Positions 52,558 to 61,394 of a stretch of DNA of 64,000 bases are shown piece by piece. The notes beneath the pieces were generated by a model, which did no database searches, was not told the DNA's origin, and saw only the letters and a list, made by a program, of their open reading frames with translations. The DNA lies in IMG/VR virus record IMGVR_UViG_3300038361_000164, positions 124,001 to 188,000 of that record; one strand, 5' to 3'. Positions within the stretch are counted from its first letter, which is position 1. Every line of letters starts with the position of its first letter. Made by a program: the position numbers and the translations under genes.

Positions 52558-52613
52558 ACTCTATCTCCTTTTTTGTGAATTAAATTGAAGGAGTCGAACC
52601 TTCATATACCAGT

Positions 52614-52624
52614 ATTCTTATACC
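52614..52624 (-). promoter_or_regulatory. GGTATAAGAAT motif (copy 9)
   Basis: Exact motif. Confidence 0.7.
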
Positions 52625-52727
52625 AAATTACAGGAGATTCTTAAGGTAAAAAGAAGAACCAAAGTCCTTCCTTTTTTAGACATAACCCACCCAATGGACG
52701 GGGATCGACTTCAATCAAACTGTCTAT

Positions 52728-53486
52728 CTAGTTTACGTCAGAAGGTCCATTCTCATCTTCATAATCAAGGATCATTTCCATGACTAGTTTACCGTAGTAA
52801 GGATATCCTCCCTCTCCAGTATGCATAAAACCTTCACTATTTCTAGCATCAATAGCATATGAAAGAGTGCAGGCGTTATTGTGTTCTTGTGACAGAATTC
52901 CAATAATTTTGGATTTAGGAAACTCTGTTTGAAGTTCAAGAATATGTTCCTCTTTTATAGGACCTTGGCTTCCTATATGTTCTCCGATAATAACATAATC
53001 CGGTTCAAAAGGTCTATCTGGATTATTTATATAGTTATTGTAATGCCATTCCATTACTGTGTTTTTTAACTTCTCAGGACGTAGAACATCTTTTCGAGGC
53101 ATATCTGTTTTTGGAGACATGTGTTTTAGGACTGTTTCTTTTTTAAAGAATAACAGCACCGGTCGCAGCTCATCGGCTTTACTAAGCCACTCTTCGTTGC
53201 TGCGTCCGTGTCTATATGCTTTGTTTATCACATATGCAAATTTTAAACATCTTGCCAACCACCTATTTACATATAGACCTTTGCCATCACACTGTATTAA
53301 CTTGTCACCCATAGTTATCATTAACTCCCTAATGACTTCATCAGTAAGCATTCCGACAACATGAGCAAACCCGTAATACGGAAACATCTTTTCGAGTTGT
53401 TCGTATTTTTCGATATTAGCATTGCTTAAGCGTCCTCGTCTGGTTCCTGTATGTGCTTCTTGTAAGTATGTAATATTTGTATTCAT
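52728..53486 (-). CDS. Hypothetical protein in its own promoter-terminator cassette
   Basis: ORF track; SD; motif copy 10 upstream. Confidence 0.65.
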   Translation of the reverse strand: MNTNITYLQEAHTGTRRGRLSNANIEKYEQLEKMFPYYGFAHVVGMLTDEVIRELMITMGDKLIQCDGKGLYVNRWLARCLKFAYVINKAYRHGRSNEEWLSKADELRPVLLFFKKETVLKHMSPKTDMPRKDVLRPEKLKNTVMEWHYNNYINNPDRPFEPDYVIIGEHIGSQGPIKEEHILELQTEFPKSKIIGILSQEHNNACTLSYAIDARNSEGFMHTGEGGYPYYGKLVMEMILDYEDENGPSDVN

Positions 53487-53536
53487 TCTTTATCTTCCTT
53501 TCTTTTTTTTTGATAATTAAGATTTGATTACATACT

Positions 53537-53547
53537 ATTCTTATACC
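53537..53547 (-). promoter_or_regulatory. GGTATAAGAAT motif (copy 10)
   Basis: Exact motif after terminator-like hairpin at about 53558-53590. Confidence 0.7.
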
Positions 53548-53599
53548 AATTTTAAGCTAAAAAAAGAGAAGGGGGTCCGTCTCTTTTTCCTTACTACTA

Positions 53600-54745
53600 A
53601 AAATAGAAAAGAATTTACATTTAGTTGAGGTTTACACGAAAGATAGACTCGGCACTTCGTAGAAGGGCTGAACAATCTTTCTTGTTTACGTCAAGTATAT
53701 GCAAATTCAATTGCCATTCTGTGAATTCTCTATACCTAGAGAGTTCTTGTTTCGTTCAGATATTCCCATACCTGCGTATGCGTAGCACATGCGTTTAAAC
53801 GAATCTAGTAAAATTAAATGTTTGGGCTTTTTACTACAAAGCGGCAAGAGATGTTTAAACCTTGGTTTACTCATCTTGATTTGCCAAGTAATTAGTTGGA
53901 ACCCAGGCACGTAACGTACCTGTAGACATAGTCTAGTAAAAAGTTTGGATAGTTATTTATCACTAAAGAAGTACGGTTTCGAATAGTATACCCTACGTAT
54001 TATGGTTTGGCTGGATACTTGCGGGTTAAGACGAGCTTATTGTGGGACCGCAGTCCCATTCAAGCGCTGTCTTATCCGGCGCTAAGTAGTCGGTCGAAAC
54101 ATAATACACTTGGTATACTAAGTGGAACCTGGTTCTCTCGAACATACTCTATGTTCTTTGTTTAAGTCTGTTAGTTTACAGACTTCCATATGCGAAACGC
54201 ATCTGTTAAACGGTCTAATAAATAAGTTGGTTTTCCTTCACTACTAAAGGTCGAAGAAGCTTCTCTTATTCGCGGCTATTTACATTTCATCCTTCTGAGA
54301 GTACTTCACCGTAGAGACACTTCGTAAAAGTTAATCCTTGAATAACTTTGCGGAGGGTTTCCTGAAGTAGGATCAGAAGGGTACAATGAAACGGAAATAG
54401 GGGTGAATTCGTTGGGACCAGAGGAGATTCGAGATCTTTGGATGGAGACCATATCGAATAAAGGAATAATCGTTCGGACATGCTGTTCGACCGTTTACCG
54501 ATGTTGGAGTTCCGGCATTAAGATTTAAGGCTGGAACGACCTAACCCGGTAAATGGTTCGGGACAGTGTCTGAATGTTATACCATATTTTGATATGCGGA
54601 AATAAGTAAACAGTAGCCTTACGCGGTTGTTTACGGTTTCCTTGTCTGGAGTTATTAACGAAAAAGAAATAAGTCAATAACGATCAAATGCGAAACGCAT
54701 CTGTGAGAATTCTAGTAAAGGTGAGTCCGTAGGTGAAACGGACTC
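53600..54745. ncRNA. Candidate large structured ncRNA (about 1.1 kb)
   Basis: No credible ORF; many hairpins; 17-bp direct repeat at 54190-54206 and 54688-54704; strand ambiguous. Confidence 0.5.
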
Positions 54746-54782
54746 TAAAAGAAAGGAATATAACATGAGGTCATATTACATA

Positions 54783-54793
54783 ATTCTTATACC
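54783..54793 (-). promoter_or_regulatory. GGTATAAGAAT motif (copy 11)
   Basis: Exact motif. Confidence 0.7.
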
Positions 54794-54809
54794 CTATAAT
54801 ATTTTTTTA

Positions 54810-55340
54810 GTTGGTAAGCTCGAAGGTGAATCGAGCTATTTGTTACCAAACCCATTATAAGGAGAGCTGTAAACTAAGCAATACCCAAATTCTCGATATT
54901 ACTTCTCTGTTACAGGGATGAATGAAAGGTTGTCTGTCACGATCCGCTAAGATCATAACTATAGGATTCCATTAACTGGAGCCTGCCCATTATCCCGGGC
55001 CAGTTACTTTATTTGTGGAAAGTATAAACCTGTGGGTTGAATCTCACCTATGAGCAGTTAATTGACAAATACTCGATTCAGAACGACAAGCGTTCAAAGC
55101 AGAAGCGTAGAGCAGGAAGATAGAGAGATGGACTCTACGCCATGGATATTCGTCCGAAGACAAATATCGTAAATCAATCTCGGAGGGCTAAGTATGTGTG
55201 GCCACACAATATAAGCAATCTCCGAGTATTAAAGACACTGTCGTACCGAGACTCGAACTCGGGAAGGACTCAAAGTCCCACTGTCCGCTTAATTTGTACT
55301 CCAGGGCGATCAGGACCTGGCCACGCAGTTCTTTAATAAG
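54810..55340 (-). ncRNA. Candidate structured ncRNA (about 530 nt) with 5' tRNA-like domain
   Basis: CCGAG-TTCGAGT-CTCGG T-arm; C(UUCG)G tetraloop on minus strand; many 7-8 bp stems; promoter motif copy 12 upstream. Confidence 0.55.
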
Positions 55341-55369
55341 TTTAAATCTTTAGTAATCTCTTACTCATC

Positions 55370-55380
55370 ATTCTTATACC
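55370..55380 (-). promoter_or_regulatory. GGTATAAGAAT motif (copy 12), divergent from plus-strand block
   Basis: Exact motif. Confidence 0.7.
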
Positions 55381-55400
55381 AATTTTTGATAAAATAATCC

Positions 55401-55429
55401 TTTACACTTACACGGGAGTATTATATATT
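55401..55429 (+). promoter_or_regulatory. Sigma70-like promoter
   Basis: TTTACA-N17-TATATT; ATG at 55436. Confidence 0.65.
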
Positions 55430-55435
55430 AACAAT

Positions 55436-55735
55436 ATGGACAAATCTACATATGTTTTCGAAAAGCTGGCGAATAAACTAAACAATAAACCACAATGAGT
55501 TAAGGACCTTGTTCCTGGAGCTGCATCTGGAGTGGTCACTAGTTTAATGTTTCACCCATTAGATACGTTACAAGTGTTGAGACAAACAGAGAAAAAAATG
55601 CCTAACGTAACTTTAAAAAGATTGTATAAAGGGGTAGGATTAAAATTGTTAAAGCAAGTACCTACTATGGCAGTAGGCTACGGTGTGTACGGTGCTACAA
55701 AACGATATGTGGAAAATAAGTCTTCGGTTACTTAA
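55436..55735 (+). CDS. Single-repeat mitochondrial-carrier (Solcar)-like protein with DK..Y.FEKLA leader, TGA(55496)=Trp
   Basis: W.KDLVPGAASGVVTSLMFHPLDTLQVLRQ...LYKGVGLKLLKQVPTMAVGYGVYGATKRYV. Confidence 0.7.
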
Positions 55736-55783
55736 TATATAATACAACAAAAAAGTTTTAAAAAAACATTATCAATAAAACTC

Positions 55784-55812
55784 TTTGCGTGTATACATAG
55801 ATTGTGTATATT
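55784..55812 (+). promoter_or_regulatory. Sigma70-like promoter
   Basis: TTTGCG-N17-TATATT. Confidence 0.5.
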
Positions 55813-55895
55813 AAAGAACACAAGTAGAAAAATTATACCTGAGCTGCTTCAGGGGTTTTAAGCAGTAATTAAACTAAATAATGGAGATCATTATA

Positions 55896-56369
55896 ATGGA
55901 CAAAGCAGAATTAATAATGGAAAAGATCGCCGCAGGTGGACATTTTAGAGCAGCTGGCAGCTCAATATACAAAGGCGTAAGAAGTGCAGCAGGCACAGCT
56001 AGAGGTCAAGTATCCAAAGGTTGGGCAGGCATCAAAGGTGGAGCTACTGTAGGTAAAGCCAAAGCAATGGAATACGCTGGATCAGCAAAAGCAAAAGCAG
56101 GAAAAGCTTACAGCAAAGGCAAAGATAAAGCAACAGCGGCTTATGAAAAAGCTAAAACTAAAGTTAAGGGAACAAAAGCTGCAAAGGATATTGGTGTAAT
56201 GAAAGCACATAATAAAACAAGTAAATCCTATAAAGGTGCAAGAAAACGTACTGCAATTCGTGCAGGAGTTGTTGGAGCGGGAGCTATTGCGTCCGGTGGA
56301 GCTGCATATGCATTATCTAAGAAAGCAGAACTTGCATTAGAAAAATTAGCTGAAGCATATCTTTCATAA
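55896..56369 (+). CDS. Lys/Ala-rich (histone H1-like) basic protein with leader and C-terminal copy of leader motif
   Basis: MDKAELIMEKIA...KKAELALEKLA; GGAG upstream of ATG 55896. Confidence 0.75.
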   Translation: MDKAELIMEKIAAGGHFRAAGSSIYKGVRSAAGTARGQVSKGWAGIKGGATVGKAKAMEYAGSAKAKAGKAYSKGKDKATAAYEKAKTKVKGTKAAKDIGVMKAHNKTSKSYKGARKRTAIRAGVVGAGAIASGGAAYALSKKAELALEKLAEAYLS

Positions 56370-56386
56370 ATAAATAAATCAATAGT

Positions 56387-57706
56387 ATGGCAATCGGAAT
56401 TCCGGATATCAAAATGTTTCGGGCTTTTCCGACTGTAAACAGTCCTCAAAAGGGAACTTTTAATATACAACTACATGAAGCGGATCGTGCAGGAAGACAT
56501 TACGACATTCGTATTGTTCTTCCTGGATCTTCTCATGCGTATTCCTGAGCTGCCAGAAAACTCCCAACATCTGGACAGAAGGTAATGGCCATCGAACAAC
56601 CAACTCACACGGAAAGCTATGTGGGTTGGTCTGGTACTATATCAAAAGGATATGGGAAAGGGACAGTGCGCTCAATTGTTAAAGAGCCAATCGAAGTCCT
56701 AGAAGCTACAGTAAATAAAGTTGTTTTTAACATATACACAGGAAACTCGGCAACTCGCTATCTACTAAAAAGAACTGGTGCGAAAGAATGGTTATGATAT
56801 AACTATACTCTTACCACAGATAATACCGCAATACCTACCAAAAAACCTTCCTATAAAGAAATAGAGTTCTCAGCCCTTACAACTCTAAATAAAGAAGAAG
56901 TACATTCTCCTAAATTAGACGGAGCACATAATATAATTCGATTGCGACCAGAAAAACGGATAGATATTTATTCTTATAGAAAAAGTAAAAAAGGAAAAGA
57001 GAGAATAGATCATACATATAAAACAGATTTGTATAAAATAAGATCGCCAAAAGAATTTGGTGACTCGGTTATTAGAGGTGAATTATATGTTCCCGGAAAA
57101 ACTTCTACGGAAACTGGATCTATTTTAAACTCGAACGTATGAAAAGCTAGAAAGAAACAACAAGAATCAAACAACTCTTTAGATATTAGGATTTATAATA
57201 TTGACACTTACAAAGGAAAAGATGTAAGCAAGAAACCTTATAGAGAAAAACTTTTAATGTTACAAGAGATTAGTCGTCGAATTCCTCAACTTAAAATGAT
57301 GGAATTAGCGCGTACACAAGGCGAAAAGTTAAAACTAATAGACCAGATCAAACACAAAAAACATAAGGAAACGGAGGAGGGAATTGTTGTATTTAATCTC
57401 AATAACCCTACACCTGTCAAAGCTAAAATAGCATCAGACTATGATGTGCTTATTACAGGAACATTTCCAGCAAAGCCTGGAACTAAATATCACGGAAACG
57501 CTATCGGCGGTTTTTTGGGACGACCAGAGAACAGTAACATTATTATTAGAATAGGTAGCGGCTTAACAGATCAGATTAGAAGAAGTGCTTATACTAATCC
57601 TGAAAAATACGCAGGACAGTGAGCAAAAGTAAAAGCTAACTCTAAATTAAAGAGTGGCAAATACCGTCATCCAAGATTTATTGAATGACGTTATGAAAAA
57701 TTTTAA
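56387..57706 (+). CDS. LigD-type 3'-phosphoesterase fused to ATP-dependent DNA ligase (439 aa; five TGA=Trp)
   Basis: H.....HYDIR, S*A (SWA), H...Y, GYGKG; ligase KLDG, RGELY, EEGIVV, GSG, RHPRFIE*R. Confidence 0.88.
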
Positions 57707-57719
57707 AGGAGAAAATACA

Positions 57720-58301
57720 ATGGACAAAGCAGAATTTATATTTGAAAAGATTGCAGTAAGTGGCAAACTCTTTGGCAAAGCATTAAAAAGTAGAGTAAAA
57801 GATGTTCGTAAAGCCTATAAAACTGATTACAGTAAGGGATCTAAATTACACGAAAAAACCTTAAATCAAACACAAGGACGTACTATACGAAAAGGATTGA
57901 AAAAAATTCATAAAAAATCAGGTGGAAAAGGAAAAAACTATTATGGATCTAAAACCGAAAGAGCTATGACAGAAGTACATAGCAGAGTTTTAACTACTCC
58001 TAAAATGAAATATTTTTCACCCACTAAATCTCAAAATATGTACAATAAATCTATGAGTAAGAAAGCAGCTGTAAGTACTAAATTCCGAAATATGAGTAAG
58101 CTAGCCGTTTTAGGGCTTGCCGCAAAAGCTTTTGCAAAGGTTACTAGACGTGTTAGTGCTTTAAAAAATTTAAAAAAACCAGCAGTTAGAGCAAGGGTGT
58201 ATAAACACATAAAAACTAAAAACCCTTTATCTTCGACAGCAAAGTTTAAAAGTATGAAAAAAATACAACGACTTGGAGATGCCCCAAAGTTTGATATTTA
58301 A
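57720..58301 (+). CDS. Highly basic protein with leader
   Basis: MDKAEFIFEKIA; AGGAG upstream. Confidence 0.75.
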   Translation: MDKAEFIFEKIAVSGKLFGKALKSRVKDVRKAYKTDYSKGSKLHEKTLNQTQGRTIRKGLKKIHKKSGGKGKNYYGSKTERAMTEVHSRVLTTPKMKYFSPTKSQNMYNKSMSKKAAVSTKFRNMSKLAVLGLAAKAFAKVTRRVSALKNLKKPAVRARVYKHIKTKNPLSSTAKFKSMKKIQRLGDAPKFDI

Positions 58302-58928
58302 ATGGAATATAAACACCACGCATTAAAAACTTCAGTAGTAGGATTATCTGGCGCAGCCGATATTTTAATACCAGGACCTGTAGAAACTATACTTGCTGGG
58401 GCCTTGGCTCCAAAGGGTAAAAAGGTTAGAGCAAGCACTCTAGCCACAGCGGATTCAACTATAGGTTCTGTTCCTGGCTATACTGCGTTGGCTATTGCTA
58501 GTAAAGCTCCATTAAAAAAATGATTCAAGAAACAAGAAGGATTTAAAAGTGGAGTGAAAAATGCTTTTAGCTCTTTACGAAAACTTAAAGCGAAACAACT
58601 TTATAAAACATATAAAGGACCTCTTGCTTTATTAGGAATAGGAAGTGCTTTAGGAAGTGCGTATGGATATAATCGTGCTATAAAACAAGCAGAGTATGAC
58701 CCAACTTTAGAACGACAACTTCCTGGCTGAGATAATCATCTTCTCCAAGGAAGAAAAAGACTTCTCAATACTTCTAAGAAGCTATCAAGTGAATCTATTC
58801 GCGCGTTAGGTGACGAATGAATTTTTAGAAAACCACCTAAGGGCGTGCGTAAATTTGGATACACAGGACATATCTCTAAAAAAGCAGAAACAGTGTTCAA
58901 TAAAGTAAAGGAATGGCATAATGAATAA
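58302..58928 (+). CDS. Basic protein with Gly-rich hydrophobic segments (208 aa; three TGA=Trp)
   Basis: Frame open through TGA 58521, 58728, 58818 to TAA 58926-58928. Confidence 0.7.
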
Positions 58929-59988
58929 ATCAGAATATATTTTCACTAAAATTGCAAAAGAAAAATTAATGGATCTTTGAGCCAAACAAAATGTGCCAAT
59001 AGGCATGACAACCAAACAATGAAATGATGATTATAATTCTCAATGATATGATTATAGTGCAAAAAAGAAATCTACAGGTAGTAAATCTTTAATGGCTTTT
59101 GATAAAGAATATCGTTCTATGCATAAATATAACTTCACTGCAGCAGATCAAAAAAAATATGTAAGTCAATCGAGAAAACGAGCATTACTTACTGTAGGCA
59201 CTTTAGGTGCTGTAGGTGCTTTAGGAGGCTATTTGGTGACTAAAAAATTTAAAAAATTTGCCACAATAGGATCCACAAGAGGTGCAGCAATAGGAGCGGC
59301 AACCCTTGGAGGATTATCTGCCCTTTCGCAAGGAGCGCATGTACGCGGATCTTTTAAAGATTGACAAAAAAGTAATAAAAATAAATCTTTTAAAGCATAT
59401 ACAAAATCAGAACGTGGAAAAGGAACTATAAATCCTGCTTTAAAAGAAGTGGGGAGTAATTTTATGTGAGGAGGCTTATCTGGGGCTTACTTAGGTACTG
59501 GGTTTAGAAGAGCAACAAGTTATAAAGGCTATAAAGGCTATAAAGGCTATAAAGCTTCTACACATTCAGTAGATAGCTTATTAAAAACTTTTGGAGGAAC
59601 TAAAGGACAGTTCAAGACTAAAAAAGATGTAAACATGGCTTGAAGAAGTGCGGCTAAAAAATATCATCCAGATAGAAATCCAGGCAATATAAAAGCCGAA
59701 GCTAAAATGAAAAATATAAACAATGCGTATACAGAAGTAAAAACAACTGACTGGTTTAGCAAGCTTGCCGCGTTATATAAAGTAAGTGGGTCCATGGGTC
59801 AGAAAAGGTTAAATAGATTAGGAGGGCACACAGTTAAACAACTTCAGGCGCTAACCAAAGCAATGAAGGCCGGAAAATTGACTCCTAAGGAAGGAGGAGC
59901 TTTACATGCGAAGATAATGAGAAAACTTCATCCGACACTTCAAAAAATAAATTATAAACTTCAAAAAGGAATAGATAAACTTCCATAA
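58921..59988 (+). CDS. Leader + glycine-zipper + J-domain protein (355 aa; six TGA=Trp)
   Basis: MNKSEYIFTKIA; A*RSAAKKYHPDRNPGN..AEAKMKNINNAY (HPD motif). Confidence 0.82.
59521..59556 (+). repeat. (TATAAAGGC)3 tandem repeat encoding YKGYKGYKGYKA
   Basis: Directly visible, in frame, upstream of the J-domain. Confidence 0.9.
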
Positions 59989-59993
59989 TAACA

Positions 59994-61394
59994 ATGGATA
60001 AGGCCCTTTTCATATTTGAAAAATTAGCAGCTGACCAGTCGCATCAAGCTAGAGTTCTAAAAAAGCTTGAAAAGACTAATAGGCTTTTGCTATACCATGG
60101 ATTGGGTTCAGGAAAAACGTACACAGCGCTTCGAGCAGGTGAGAAATTTAAACAACATATCACAGCAGTAGGTCCAGCAGCGCTTAAAGGCAACTTTCCT
60201 AAAGAGAAGCAGAAACATAACATAAAAGGCACCTTAAAATATTTTTCATATAATAAGCCTCCTACAAAGGACGTGTCTAAAAATATAGTAGTATTTGACG
60301 AAGCACACAGAATGGGTAGAGTGGAATCACAGCGTTCACATTATCCAGATAAAATAAAAGGTAGCAAAACATTGTTCTTAACAGGAACACCAATTAGAAA
60401 TGAACCAGCGGAATTAATACCTATTTTAAGAGGATTAGATATTCCAGTTGGAAGAGATAAAAAAAGATTTAATCAGGCATTTGTTCAAGAAATAAGACAA
60501 AAACCTGGATTCTTTGCTAGAGTATTTAAAGGGGTAAAACCAGGAACAATTAAGCGAGGCAAAAATTTAGGCATACTATCAAGAGCACTAAAAGGCAAGG
60601 TGGATTATCATGCTCCACAGACAAATAAAGATTATCCCTCAGTTAAAACTCAGCGAATCGAAACTGTTATGTCAGAGCGACAACAATCTACCTATAACAT
60701 GGTAATGAAAGAACATGCCGATTTGCGCTATAAAATTAGACACGGTATTGCGCCGTCTAAAACAGAGTCATCTCGTATGAATGCGTTTTTAACAGCAGCC
60801 AGACAGGTATCCAATCGTCCGGGCAAATATAATTTAAGCGCTACAGAAGCTGACGCGCCCAAGATAAACGCCGCATTCGACGAAATAAAGAGACGCCACA
60901 AAAAGAACAAAAGATATAGAGGTGTAACATACTCCACATATCTTGGGCACGGTATCGACCCAATGGCTAAAAGATTGAGTAGAACTAAGATCCCATTTGC
61001 ATCTTTCACAGGTAGACTTAATGATAAGGAAAAATCTAATATTATTAAAAAGTATAATACTGGAAAAATTAAACACCTACTTATTTCTGGCGCAGGCGCA
61101 GAAGGTTTAGATTTAAAAGGCACAAGATTATTACAGATAATGGAACCTCACTGGAACGAGCCGATGTTAAAACAAATTAAGGGTAGAGTGAAACGATTTA
61201 AATCTCATACACATTTACCGAAAAAAGAGCGCAATATAACAATTCAGACGTATATTAATAAACCACGTAAAACACGTTGGTTGAAAAAACAGCATAGCGG
61301 TACAGATGAATATCTAGAACTACTATCTAAAAACAAACAAAATCTTGTAAGCGATTTTACTAACGTATTAAAGAGGGTTGGAAGTGCAAAGTAA
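59994..61394 (+). CDS. SNF2-like superfamily 2 helicase with leader
   Basis: MDKALFIFEKLA; GLGSGKT, DEAH, TGTP, GAEGLDL, QIKGRVKR. Confidence 0.88.
   Translation: MDKALFIFEKLAADQSHQARVLKKLEKTNRLLLYHGLGSGKTYTALRAGEKFKQHITAVGPAALKGNFPKEKQKHNIKGTLKYFSYNKPPTKDVSKNIVVFDEAHRMGRVESQRSHYPDKIKGSKTLFLTGTPIRNEPAELIPILRGLDIPVGRDKKRFNQAFVQEIRQKPGFFARVFKGVKPGTIKRGKNLGILSRALKGKVDYHAPQTNKDYPSVKTQRIETVMSERQQSTYNMVMKEHADLRYKIRHGIAPSKTESSRMNAFLTAARQVSNRPGKYNLSATEADAPKINAAFDEIKRRHKKNKRYRGVTYSTYLGHGIDPMAKRLSRTKIPFASFTGRLNDKEKSNIIKKYNTGKIKHLLISGAGAEGLDLKGTRLLQIMEPHWNEPMLKQIKGRVKRFKSHTHLPKKERNITIQTYINKPRKTRWLKKQHSGTDEYLELLSKNKQNLVSDFTNVLKRVGSAK

Noticed and set aside
52586-52604. T-loop-like hairpin (TTCGACT on minus strand)
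   Set aside because: No acceptor, D or anticodon arms around it; not a tRNA
33913-54070. Shared 12-mer TTCAAGCGCTGT in two ncRNA candidates (33913, 54059)
   Set aside because: Different pairing contexts, and a 12-mer match between two ~1-kb regions is not improbable by chance
33640-55340. Assigning the long non-coding regions to tmRNA, RNase P, group I/II intron or omega-RNA
   Set aside because: I could not recognise their diagnostic motifs (e.g. GAGGAAAGUCC, group II domain V); left unassigned pending cmscan
57654-57719. Track start MANTVIQ... for the 57654-58301 ORF
   Set aside because: Overlaps the read-through C-terminus of the ligase; the SD-preceded ATG at 57720 gives the conserved leader
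55436-59988. Mitochondrial or eukaryotic-virus origin (carrier-like gene plus TGA=Trp plus J-domain)
   Set aside because: SD sequences, sigma70-like promoters, bacterial-type tRNAs, a baseplate spike gene and operon structure all indicate a bacteriophage
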